Position numbers and translations under genes: made by a program | Assembly: GCA_044892525.1 (NCBI GenBank) | Contig: CM097886.1 | Coordinates: forward strand, 67,766,001 to 67,830,000 | Length of the DNA stretch: 64,000 bases | Source of the DNA: Schmidtea polychroa | Taxonomy: Eukaryota | Reading direction: 5' to 3' | Shown here: one piece after another, positions 1 through 13,200 of the stretch | Numbering within the stretch: position 1 is the stretch's first letter | Layout: every line of letters begins with the position of its first letter | The notes under the pieces: generated by a model | What the model was told of the DNA's origin: nothing | Seen by the model: only the letters and a program-made list of their open reading frames with translations | The model's database searches: none

Positions 1-299
1 TATGACAATCATAACCTCTAAGCTGTATGGTGGGTCAATAACCTTCAGAGTCAAAAACCTCCAAATTTTTTCAAACCTTATAATACATCATTAGAAAGGG
101 ACTTGGAAGGTAGGTATAGTTGGTCAATAACCTTCAGAATCAAAAACCGAAAAATTACAGTCCCTTCTACAATTTGCCACTACTAACCTGACAAATAGGA
201 TTTTCATCCCTTAAATGCAAATGATGAGCGCCTTCGTAAGTATTATAACGAACAAGCAACAAAAGTTTACCCACTAATAAAAATAATATTGTTTTGTAT

Positions 300-869
300 C
301 AGTGGCGTAGCTAGAAATTTTGGGCCTCTATGAAATGAGTCATAGATGGGCCCCTTATACTGCATACACAAGTGAAATAGGTGCGGAGCACCATAGCGCA
401 CAGGGGAAAATTTTTGGCCCCTTTTGAGCACAATTGAATTAGACCAGGGTTTCCCAAACTTTTCCTGCGACGGAACACTTAGTAACGCACGAAATGTTGA
501 TGGAACACCTTGTTTATTTTGTATGGTATGAGACCAGTGGCGTAGGCCTACCCAAGATTTTTTCGACCCCTATATAAATGGGCGATTTACTTAGATAACT
601 AAAGTTGCTTGCTTATACAGTATATTATTAGCGAGGGAGAGGGGATTGCATAAATACGTAAAATGCTGGTAAATAATGTACTTAATGCAATAAGTAAACA
701 AAACAGTGGAGCTTTATTACATAAAACCACAAACCGATCATTTGGAGGTCCCTGTTGACTGGTGTCGACCGTTCCGTTGTTTAACATTGTTTTCTGAAGA
801 AAATTAAGGAAACTGTCTTGTGGGCCCCTATGCTTTGCTTACTCTTGCTATATGGTAGCTACGCCACTG
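300..869. mobile_element. Non-autonomous hAT element (MITE)
   Basis: Perfect 14-bp TIR CAGTGGCGTAGCTA (300-313 and 856-869); identical 8-bp flanks TTTTGTAT (292-299, 870-877), the TSD length typical of hAT. Confidence 0.8.
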
Positions 870-962
870 TTTTGTATTTGATATATAAAATGTTTATTTC
901 TTTTGAATGACTTATTTTCAGATTCGAAGGGCTGCGGCTCACTTAAAGATTAAAAACCACTG
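445..962. mobile_element. Charlie/Buster-type hAT MITE ends interleaved with the 300-869 element
   Basis: Left end CAGGGTTTCCCAAACTTTTCCTGCGACGGAACACTT (445-480) matches the reverse complement of 56988-57023 at about 33/36; right-end-like AAAAACCACTG followed by CTCTAGAT at 952-970. No matching TSD pair. Confidence 0.5.
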
Positions 963-1077
963 CTCTAGATACTTGAATTGGAGTCAAAATCTAAATTGTT
1001 AGCAATAAATAAATTGAAAATTGAGACTCAATACAAAATATATAAAATGCAGGACAATATAAATTTATGAAATTTCA

Positions 1078-1207
1078 TTAACTCTTTTTATGAAATTTGT
1101 TTTGAAATTGTGCCCAAGTAGAAGGAGAAAAAATCACATCTAATAATAAATTTTGGGAATCTCGTGATACTTGCAAGTTTTGAATGACTGCATTTGAGTT
1201 GATCCAT
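1078..1207 (-). CDS. GTPBP6: GTPBP6 exon 10 (last): WINSNAVIQ...TWAQFQNKFHKKS*
   Basis: CAG acceptor at 1210-1208, 45-nt intron, stop TAA 1080-1078; resembles the remembered GTPBP6 C-terminus. Confidence 0.85.
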
Positions 1208-4200
1208 CTGAGTAAGTAATTTATACTTTTAAGAAAGTAAACAATGATTTACTGATAAATGGATGACCCATGACCAACTTTGATTTGTTTGAAAATAAAT
1301 TCAATATTCGCTTGTATTTTTTGTGAAATTAATGATTGTAGGTTACTTAGATTTTCTCCGGTTTTATTTGAAATTGGAATTATTTCTGGATTATTTGTTT
1401 TAATCTCGTCCAAAGTCGAACTGTTGAAAAAAATCATCATAAAATACTCTATTTTCTATCATTGGTTGATTATTTGCTTTATTAATTTCATAGATCTTCA
1501 TTTTAGATTATAGATCAATATTTAATATAATAAATAAATATATTGATTTATAGTTAGGGATGCCAGATGACCGTCTCAAAAATACTTGGCGGAAATTTTA
1601 ATTCTGACCAATTTTAACAATTATTTATACGGATTGCTGGTTTGGAGATCTTGATTTGGAGCATCACAGAGTAAACCATGGTTTACATTTTGTGGATCCA
1701 AGAAACGGAGTTCATACCCAGTTTATTGAATCGTGTTGGGAAAAACAAAAATATCGCTAAAAAATGAAAGGCATTGATGGAAATTTAATGAAAGAATATT
1801 TAGCAATGTTTATGTGGTGCGATAATAAATGTAAAAAATGATTTTAAAAGGTTTTTAATTTAATAAATAGGTATTATTAAATTTTTGGAACTCGTTTATT
1901 TTTCTTTATGTCATAAAGTTGTGAATTTTGTAAATTTTTATTATAAAGTAAAAGTATTCATATTATGATGCTTTTTCTGACGAAAATGTGCAATTTTTTA
2001 TTTTTTAATTTATTCGGGGGAAAATTTAATTCTGTTGCATTATGGGGGGGGAAATTTTTATTCTGATCCCATTTTTCTGTCAGGCTATTTTGACATTAAA
2101 TGTCAATGTCGATCCGACGCCTGTGACACAAAATTTTTCACGAATTTCACATTCAGATAAAATGGGACATAATATTGTTAAATAATTATATTATAAATTA
2201 ACAACCAGAATCACGTTATTATTTATAATTGCGTTGATTACAAATGCATGTCTGTAATCCTTTCAATTTTTTCACCGGACAAATAGGCGTAATCAGGCCC
2301 GACAAGAGGGGGGGTTGACGGGGAAAATACCCGGGGCTCCTGGGTTCTAGGGGCCCCGGTGAAAAAATTTGTCTTCACATTTAGTCGATATTGGCAAGAC
2401 ATTTTTATAATCGATCTTCGAAAAGTCAATCGGTCAAAAATTAGTGGACACCACTGATTTATATGATTGAAACGTGAAACGTGTCGACCTTATTAGCAAA
2501 GCGATAATTTGCTTATCAACATGCAGCATCATTAAAAAAAATTAATTAAATTTTAAAAAAATTAATAAATGATATTCATTTATGTGCAGAGCATAATGAG
2601 TCCGCGTTATAAATTCGGATGCGAAAAGCGTAAAGAACGACAAAAGAACCTCGAAGAAAATGCTAGAAGAAGAACATTGGAAAATTTGGGTTTCATAACT
2701 TTATCGAAATCCCAACAAGATGAAAAACAAAACCCTTCCGAATCAATAAATGCAAAGGAATCTGATGGAATTCCTACACTTTCCTTGTCTACGGATGTTG
2801 TGGATCCTTCAAGTTCAAGAACTGAAGAAACGACATTTCCCTTGTCTGAAGAATCGGCCAACTGTGAAATGGAAGAAGCATCCACCAGTGAATCTATGGA
2901 TGTGAATTTACTAAACATCGACATTGGATTGTTGAAATTAAATTAAATCAAAAATGCTCTGTTTTGTTTTCCTTGTCGTTTATTTTATAATTTTCGAGAA
3001 GATCAAAGATCAGTTTTGGCTACGGAATTGGGTTGGGAGCCTGATAGAGGATATAAAAAACTATATGATAGAATACCTGAGCATGAAAAATCAACCCACC
3101 ATAAATTTTGTTATATCCAGTGGCGAACTCTAGAAATTAATATTAGTAAAAATAGAACAATTGATTGCCTTTTAGTACAACAAATACGAAATGAGATACA
3201 AAAATGGACAGATTTATTAAAACGATTCTTAGATGTAACTTTATTTTTGGCTGAACGAGGTTTGGCTTTCAGGGGCAGTTCACATTTGATTGGAGATTCA
3301 AACAATGGAAATTTTCTCGGAATATTAGAACTTGTCAGTCGTTATGATCCATTTTTGGAAGCACATTTAAAAATGGTGAAACAATCACAAATCGAGAAAC
3401 AGAGATTGTAAGTACATTATTTATCGGCAGACATTCAAAATGAATTCATAATATGCTGTGCCGATTATTTGAGAACTTGCATTTTGAGGGAAAGAGAAAC
3501 TGTAAAATATTATTCTGTAATTGTAGATGCAACTCCCGATTCCGCCCATATAGAACAAACTACATTTATTTTACGATACGTCTCTGTAAATAATCATTCA
3601 GATGAATACGAAATTAATGAAAGATTTCTTGCATTTGTAAACTGCAATAAGAAGACTGGAGAAGATATTGCAAATTTAATTCTCGAAACGCTTGAAAAAT
3701 ATTATATTCCTATAAGCGAATGTCGTGCACAAGGGTACGATAATGAATCCAATATGAGTGGCTCATATAAAGGCGCTCAAGCTCATATTTTGCAAATCAA
3801 TCTACTGGCAATATTTTCCCTTTATGCATGTCATAGTTTAAATTTGTGTGGTGTTCATGCAGCAGAATCTTGTCATGAGGTTGTAACGTTTTTTGGTAAG
3901 GTACAAAAATTATACAATATTTTTAGCAGTAGCCCTCAAAGATGGGAAATATTAAAAAATAATACTGGACGTTCATTGCACTCTATATCAAATACACGTT
4001 GGTCTGCTAGAATTGAATGTATTAAACCAATTGCTGAAAATATTCCTACAATTAAAAGTGCCATAGATTCTGTTCTAGAATTAAACTTAACATGGGAAAT
4101 TCGTTCAGATCTGAACGGAATAAAAAAATATATGGAATTGTTTGAATTCTTAGTAATGGCTAAAATTTGGTACAAAGTCCTTCAAGCTATAAATTATATA

Positions 4201-7200
4201 AATATTGCTTTACAAGCTCATGATGCGACAATTGATGTAGAAGTAGCGAATTTGTCAAGTCTTCTTGATGAATTACAAACAATAATAGATAGTTTGGAAA
4301 CTCTCTTCAATGAATGTAAATTGTTTGGTTCATCTTTAGAGATAAATACAGATTTTGAAACAAAACGTAGTAAAAGGAAAAAATGGGGGAACGAATTAGA
4401 AATGACACCAAGTGACGAATTCAGAACAAATGTTGTCAATGTTTTCTTAGATTGTATTATTGGAAATATTGCAAGAAGATTTAATGCGGCTAAAGAAATT
4501 GATTCGTTATTCAATGTATTATGGTTATTTCATAACCTTAATGATGAAGAAATACAAAAGAAGTCCGAAAATTACAAAAAGTATATGAAAATGATATTGA
4601 CCATAATCTTGGTGAAGAAATACTCCATTTAAAATCAATTTATGATGCCAATATACAAAACAAATCTTTCTCGCCCATTGAGTTACTAAACATCATTAAA
4701 AAAATGAAACTGGATGTATTGTTTCCCAACATAATAATAGCAATAAGATTATTTTGTACGATCCCTGTAACCGTTGCTGAAGCAGAACGATCCTTTAGTG
4801 TTTTAAAAAGGATAGAAGATGTTTTGAGATCCACGATGTCACAACACCGATTGAATGATTTAGGAATGTTGTCGATTCAATCTGAAATGGCTAAGAAAAT
4901 TGATTTTCAAGACGTAATTAATTTGTTTGCTAGGCGCAAGGTTCGGAAAGCAACATTCTAAAAAATAATTTTTTTTTGTACTTTTTTTTGTAATTTTAGT
5001 TGTAAACGTTTTCATTTTTGTAAGAGAATTATTGATGAATACATTGTTCCAATAACAATTAGGATATTTTTCGGTTTCCCGCTTCATTTATAAATAGCCC
5101 AAAGACCGAGGGGAAAATTTTTTTTTTCACGCTCTTGGCAGGAGCCCCACAAGAAGTATATCCCCGGGCCCCAAAAGTCCTCTCGGCGGCCCTGGTCGTA
5201 ATACCGAACAGTCCAGTTAAAATTAAAATCATTAAAAACTTTGATTAAATTTACCTGTTAATACAATCGATTTTCGTTCCTACAGTTATGATTGAGTTCA
5301 TTAACTTTTCAGGTAACTTAAAGTTATATAGCGTTGCTAAAGTGAAAGACATTTGCTCTTTCCAATGTTCATTGCTGAGATCAACAACATGGATTAATAA
5401 ATCCTAAAATGTATCTTTGATAATTGAAAAATATAAATCAATAAAAATGAAAAAATATCCAAAAATACATTAATTTTGTACACTAGATTCTAGTATATGT
5501 TCTAGTGACTAGAACATATTCTTAAAGTATTGCCAGAATTGAGGTACAGTATTTTTCTTAAAATAAATTTACAGTTGGGCATAATTAATATCTAAGTAAT
5601 TCCAACATTTTTGTTTATATTATTATGTAAAATATAATAAAAATAATACATACAAAGTAAACATTATTTAATTATTTATAAAAAATATCAATCTCAAAGT
5701 CATTGTAAACTTTGTAATTGCTGGTTAAGAAACTGGTTAAATCGAAATTCAAATAAAAAAAATAGTCGTAGGCAGGTTTAATAAAGTAAATATAAAGAAA
5801 AAAGTAATTCAGGTTATTTGTTATCGTTATTTATTTGTTAAAGTAGATTTTAAGTGTACTTTAAGTGACGAATACTGTATTAACGTAGACAAAATCTAAA
5901 TACGTTTAGAACATGATGGCTACACTGGATCGCATTCCAACCCCATTTCTAGTTGTAAATTATTTAAAAATTTTATTGTTTTTTACTGTTTTATTGTTGG
6001 TACATGTTCTCAAACCTCTTAGTTACGATGTTAAGAATTATAAGATTCGAGTGCAGTGATTTGTTTTATGAAAACTTTAATTTTGTAGAAATGTGAATGA
6101 AGCAGAAACTATTAACCCGTTGAGTACTATATACGTTTAACACGTTTTGCAATAGATATCAAAATATAATAAATAAGTGTCAATGATATTTACTTTGTTT
6201 AAATTATTCTAAAAATATAACAGTAGCTTGGTAATGGACCCACTGAGAAAACAAACAATAATCACAGGTAATCATTACGTAGTGTAAAATAGCATGGCAA
6301 ATTCCTATATATAAACAAAATCCAGATAAAATTATAAGGAATATGAGAAAACTGTGTTTTAACAAAAAAATCCAACTTTACCAGACCATATAATCGAGGT
6401 TTGATTGTAAATAAGTGAAATAATCACTAAAATAATCATTTTAAAGACAAATTATATATAAATAATTTATCCGACTTTTAATGATACTAATAATTTCAAA
6501 GTTTAAATTTAAAAATATATTTATAAACGCCGATGGGTAACATTTTCCTGACTAATTTTACCAAATAATTCTTTTTAAACTATTACACAGTATATATTCA
6601 ATTCATGGATTCGAATTTTTGTGTTAATAACTTGTAATCGACAATAAGATATTTTATTTCAATATAATCTATACTGTGTTAAATATAATAAATAGACCAA
6701 CAGTCAAATCTCGTTACTATGCCACCTGTCAGGATCGAGTAAGAGTGGTATAGTAACGAGGGTTTGTAAAAACAGATTTATTTTCTTAAGTTACTTATCC
6801 TACCAAAGCTCTCAATAAGTGTCGGTTGGCGCATTTTCTTTGGCGGATCATGTGCATCTCGTTATCTTACTGATCGCACACCTGTATCACACCTGGCTAC
6901 CCACTTTTCTGGTGCATGAACTTCCGTACGGTGTTCCAAGCGTGCTGAGGCTCCTTGAATGAAGCAACTTTCTACTCAACAGTCATAGGCTCTTCATCGC
7001 ATAGAATCTCCTCCGCAATCTTCTTCAGTGTAAAAATCTACCAGTCGCAAGGAGCTCATCAACTTTGAGAAAGTCAGACTGCTCGATCTCCTATTTCTCG
7101 TGCATCTTTTCATCGGCAGGCAGAGCTTCCCAGCAATTGAGCAACTCCGCATCTTGTACCTCATTTTGGATCTCCTCTTCAATAAACTTAGCCTTCGCAA

Positions 7201-10200
7201 AACAACTTCTAATCCTCGACTTGCTAACCTGCAACCAAGCACGTCGGGCGACATGTAAAGCTTCAAGGAAAGTAAACTTAAATTCCTTTCATTCATCCAT
7301 GGCCTCAAGTCGGCAACACAGCAGGAGTGGTGTTTGAGGTTTTCTATGATTCCTTGATCCATTGGTTGCGAGTTGGCCGTCGTGTTGGGTGGGAAGAAGA
7401 CTAGTTGAATGTTGTTTAGCTCGAGCTCGGGAAAAGTTATCAAGACAAACCAACACTCTGCGTCCCTGCTGGCAAAGTCTTCCGTCCCACGCACAACAAT
7501 ATTTCCTTGAAAAGCTTCGCCGTCATCCATGCTTTAGAGTTTGTTTTGTATTCGACCGGGATCTCCTTGTTCTTGAAGGCACGGGGTGTTTTGGAAGCTC
7601 CAATTACCAGAAGAGGAAACTTTTCGCTGCCACTCATATTTGCTCCAACTAAAAGAGCGATCCTTTGCTTACTTTTCTTTCCTCCTGTACACTGGTCTCT
7701 TCTGAAAGCTATTGTCTTGTACAGAAATATTTCCCGAAAGTCCTGTCTTATCCAGGTTGACAACGTCGTCTGCGGAGAACTGCGTGAGTAATGGCCAGAG
7801 AATTTGCTGTTGCCACTCATGAAGAGATTGTAAATCTACTGATCCAACTTCGCCTGACATTGTCTTGAACCTGATGCCGTGGCGTTTTTCTAAATTGTCT
7901 AACCAACCGTAGCTCGCCATAAAACCTGGAATATGAATCAGCTCGGCCAGTTTCATCGCCTTCTCCTTGATAAAGTCACCGCTGACTGGCAAATTCTGTT
8001 CTTTCCTCAAGCTTCGGGTCGTGTGTTTGTATCAACTTCATGCGCTTCGATGGAACACCAAATTTGATTGCAGTCTCAATTGCATCCTTTTTGTTGAGAA
8101 TGTCCTTCATGGTGGTTCTCTTAACTTCGATGCCCCATTTCCTACTTATCTCCCAGGTCAACTTGATCTGATTTGGCTCCCTCTTCGCAGTATCGATGAC
8201 TCCCTTTTTTCCTTTAGAGTAAAGTCAGTTCGCTTGCGTTTCTGAGCTGACATTATAGGTTAAATTTGAAAAAAAATACGTCACTATTATGCGCTTTTAT
8301 ATTCTTATATTAGCTTCTGTTGTAGACTTGTCACTGTAAATCTTGTGATTGGCTTGCTGTAGTTATTATCTGCGAGAAGCATCGTGTTTGACATTGACAC
8401 AGTCATACTATGTGTGTACGTATTAAGTGTTGTTGTGCGCAGTAAGACTTAATTTATCGCTTCATCTTTGGGACGTGAGTGATAATCGAGCATTATGCAA
8501 AAACATAGGCTTTTTAAAACTCGTGCCTTTTTACAGTTACACAATATAGATCTAGTACCGAGAGTAGAGAGTAGTATATTAAATTAATTTTATATTTAAT
8601 TTTGTTGAAACCTAGTAAAAATGGAATAATAGCGAAAGTGGCATAGTAACAAGATTTGACTGTACATTATAGATAAATTTAGCTTAATGATTTAAATTTT
8701 TGTTTAATAATCATAGTAATGGTTATAGTAGTAATGGTTATAATCATAGTAATGGTTATAGTTATTATTATTATGTGGGTACTTATATTATTCCTCTAAT
8801 AAAATTAATAAGTTTCAAAAGATTAGGAAATAACTAATCTGTAATATTACCGTTTCCATAGTATCTTGAAGCGTAGATCGAAATGCAGCAATTAATCCTG
8901 TTGGTATTTCTGACAAAAACCCAATGGTATCAATGAGTAATACATTCATACCAAAATTGTTTGTATTAAACTTCATGAAAAATTCGTGATAGGTAACGTC
9001 CAAAGTTGCAAACAAGCAATCTTCTGGTGTAATTTTTTCATCATGAGTTAAACATCTGATCAAAGACGTTTTCCCTTGAAAATAATATATGAATGAAATT
9101 AAAATCACAATTAAATTTCGGTGATATTATATTTTAATAAAAAAAACATTTTTTGAGTATTAAAGTTACCATTAAAATATTAATAGGGCTTTCAAAACTA
9201 TTTATATGCTTCATTACATAGTATTAACTTGTTGATTTGCCATATTTTATTCTCAAGACGAGTATATATTTATTATAGTTAAAATTCCCAAAAGAAAAAA
9301 ATATGCCAACATATTCTCAACTTCCTTCGCTTATATATGTAAATCGAAAGTATTATCAAAAGAAGTTAATTTAATCTTAATTTATATATATCTTCTTCTA
9401 CTTATTTGTTAGTTTCCTGTGATGAACTCAGTCAAAATCAATATTGTTGGGTATATTGTAGGTGGTCAGTGATTGTTAACTGGCAATTACTTATCTGACT
9501 CCGAGCGTCTTTTTTAATAAAGACAGTGACAAATCCTCTAAGAACAAGGCTTGACTACTGCCGCTAATGGGCGATTCGCATAATTGATCTGATTGCTTTT
9601 AACTTGACTTGAGTTTCTCAACTACCTTTGATTCACTAATTCAATACGCAAATTTCTTCCAACTGTTTTCCGGTTCTCAACACTTTATTTTACTCTTGGT
9701 AAATTCAAATTTCTTCCTAACACATTTTTTTCTCTTTTCGTCTCAATTTTTCTCTCTTTCTGTTAATTTGTGTTCGGTTTTTATACTTTTCCACCTGATG
9801 GCATTTATTGATAACCCATTATCATTTCTCTCTTTTTCCCATTGGCTTTCCGTAATCTCTGACAGCTATCGAGATATATGCATTTTTACAATACAGTTTC
9901 TTGAATTTCCCATGCCTTTTCCCTTCAAGATAACAAGCCAATCCAAATTTTGTTTTGCTTTCTGTTTCACTTCTTTTGCACCTTTTATTTAATTGTTTGT
10001 TTTTATTGATTTTCTTCTGTTCCCTTCTCATTTTTCGACATCTCTCTTCTACTCCTGTTGTACCGAGTTCCAAAAAAATACCCCATTCATCCATAATCAT
10101 TTTCTCCCCAATCATTTTACGCCTTTAATGATTATTTTTATTTTGTAATTTAAGTATTCTCAACAATATTTTGAGATTAGAATCTAAGTCGAATCTAATT

Positions 10201-13200
10201 AAATAAAAGGAATTTATAATTTGAACTTTATTAACTTTATTATGACGGAAAACAGCAGTAGGAAAACAATAAATGGTTAAAGTAAATATAAAGTGATGAT
10301 TTCTTAGTAGCAACGTTTATTATTTAAAACAATAAAGTAAAGTAATAAAAATAATTTTGAATATAAAATGAAAACTAAAATCAGATGGTTATATGTTTAT
10401 ATATGACTAGCTGTTTAAAATAAAGTTATTATAAATTATAAACTGATAAAATGATATATGTATGTGAATTACCTGAATTAGTGTAACCTAGAACACTTAT
10501 TATTGGAATATTACTTTTTCTTCTACTAGAACGGTGAACTTCTCTATTAGTTACCAATTCTTCAATTTTTGATTTTATTTTATGTTCTCGAGCCTGAAAT
10601 TTTTTGAAATTTATTAAAAAATATTGTATTTATTAAAAACTTGACTATGAATCACTTGGCTTAAGCCCCCACAATATCATAAAAATTCATTAAATTTATT
10701 GTGCCGTTTACCAAATTTTAATAAATGAAATTATCTAATTATTAACTGGAAACTAGTAACTACAAATAACATTACTAAGTCCTCAAGATAATAAAATTTG
10801 ATAAGCAGCGGCGTTGATTGTGTAAAATAAGAGGTACCATTTGTTTGTAAATACAATGAATTTAACCTCCTTTCAAAACAAAAATGAATATATGAAAATA
10901 CTTAATATTTTATTTTTCTCATATTGACTCTTAAAAAAAATATTTTCTCAAGTTGAGTTCCCTCCAACCGAAAATCCTGGGTGTGCGCTTGTAAATATTA
11001 TATATTATCTTTGTATACAAGAACTATCTTATAGTCGAAAATTTTTTCATTAAATACATTATTCGCAGCAAAAGGCTTAAATTATCACTTTATTATTATA
11101 TATTTATATATATGTTGGGTTATTGGGTTGGTAGTTATATTTAAAAGTTACCAATCAAATTTCTGACTCCAAAGCGTGTTTTATCTTATCCACAAAATAA
11201 CAATTCTTGAACAATATAAATCTTTATTGATCATCACAATTGATAGCACAAATTATAACAACATGTAGTTCAACACTCAATTAGGTACTTTCAAAGAGCT
11301 TATTTTAATACTACGTGAGGAATAGCTCTACTTACAATCACCGGCCGCTGATCTGACTCAATAATTTAGTAAATTGAATTTAATTCTCATCTGCTTGACG
11401 TTAGGTTCCAATATTCTCCTTTTTTTCAATATCTAATTTCACAAATTTTCTCCATTGCTTGATTCTGAATTAGTTTCTTGACTACTAATATTTCTCCGCT
11501 ACTAAATATTCTCCACCACTAAATATTCTTCGTCACTAACTATTCTGATTTCATCAATGAGACTTTTGCTTTTACAATCCGCACTTGCCCGTCATTCATG
11601 ATAATTCTTTTTTCCATTCTTGTCTTTCCGTGGTTTGTGCAGCTTCTGTATTATCACTGATCGTTCAACACTTGGGATAAATTGCCATTTTTCATTACTG
11701 CTTCTGGCGTTTTCTACACTTTCAAATTCCCGTGTTACCTCTAATAGTTCGGAACTCGGGATAGTTTGTTATTTTTTCCGTTTTCTGCTTCTGGCTTTTT
11801 TCATACTTTTTTCTACCTCCCACGTTATCTCTGAAAGTTCGGCGATGCCGATTTATTTTTGTTTTTCCCATTTTGGAATTCCTTTTTGTTTCTTGCACTT
11901 ATTAATTAGCAATGACCTTTCTCCTGATTTGTTTTCTTATTTCCCTTTTATGCTCTTCCTTTCTCATTTCTCAATCTTTTCCAAGTTTCCCCCTATATAA
12001 ATACAATGGAAGAAAAATCAGTGGTGAAATTTGCCAAAAAAGTTCTTATAATATGTGTGTATTATGTGTGTCTTGACTAACTATAGTGTAGGTAATGAGA
12101 AGATACTTCAGAAGTGATTTTTATGTATTTGGTTAAGTAACCATATGTTCTCAAAGAGTTAAAAACATGAAAGATTCATTAAGGGTGCTATCATTATTTT
12201 TTAAATTTAATTGCAAATTACTTTTAAAATAAACATTTTATCATTCATTGATGAAGATTGTAAACCGAATCCACTAAGAGACCTTTCATATTCTTGTAAA
12301 ACCACATCAGAGTGACTTTTTATATGATATCCATAAAGACGCGATCTAAAATATGGCAATTCTGCTAATTGAACTTGTAATTTTGATTCCGATGTTTGCG
12401 CATGCAACTTAAATATTTGCAAAACCATCATGTAACTATTAAAAACATAAATAATAATAACGCATTTTTCATAATAAATAAAATAATATTTATTATCATT
12501 ATAGGAAGTGATTATCTATTTATAATAAATTGTCTGTACCAATTAATAGAATTATGGTGAACAGCATGAGTCCGCCAAGCATTTTATTTTTCAAATTCTC
12601 ATCAACATAGCTTGCTGGATAAACCAAATGTTAGATGTTATATATTGATTCAGGTTAGTTTTATTACATGAAAATATTTACTTTTTAAATTTTAGCAACT
12701 CTATAACATTTAGCTTTAGTAAAATCACATCAAAATTATTCAATGGACTACGCCCGAAATGTATATTGAATGTATCTAATAATATTTATAGTGTTTTAAA
12801 ATTAACACTGAAGTAAATTCATTACATTTCAAATTTTCTTGAAGGTATTAGTGTATAAAAAGTACTTTCATTTTGTAGACTTATATTCCAAAAATTATTG
12901 CACAAACACATAAAAGATTATAACTATGAGTGCAATATATTGATATAAAGAACATGGTTACCATCATAACCAGTAGATTGAATTTTTATTTATGAATTTC
13001 GAATGTTGGATTTAAATATTGAAATTTTATTAATTTCAAACACATTATTTAAAACTGTTCCTACAAAATTGCTGAAATTTTTAAATGTTACACATAAATT
13101 AAACAATATTGTTAGCATTGATTTTATATTTCAATATTTATCGATCGTAATTTAATATATTTCCAATTTATCAAATTTCAACATATTTTTGACCAATTAA

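Noticed and set aside
2607-8245. Antisense or alternative-frame ORFs over the hAT and Tigger transposases (for example 2607-2924, 3936-4175, 7065-7337, 7507-7791)
   Set aside because: Shadow ORFs of transposase coding sequence.
9609-12000. ORFs 9609-9992, 9822-10115 and 11620-12000
   Set aside because: They lie within the purine/pyrimidine-skewed solo LTRs; their composition (F/S/L or K/R/E rich) indicates chance open frames.
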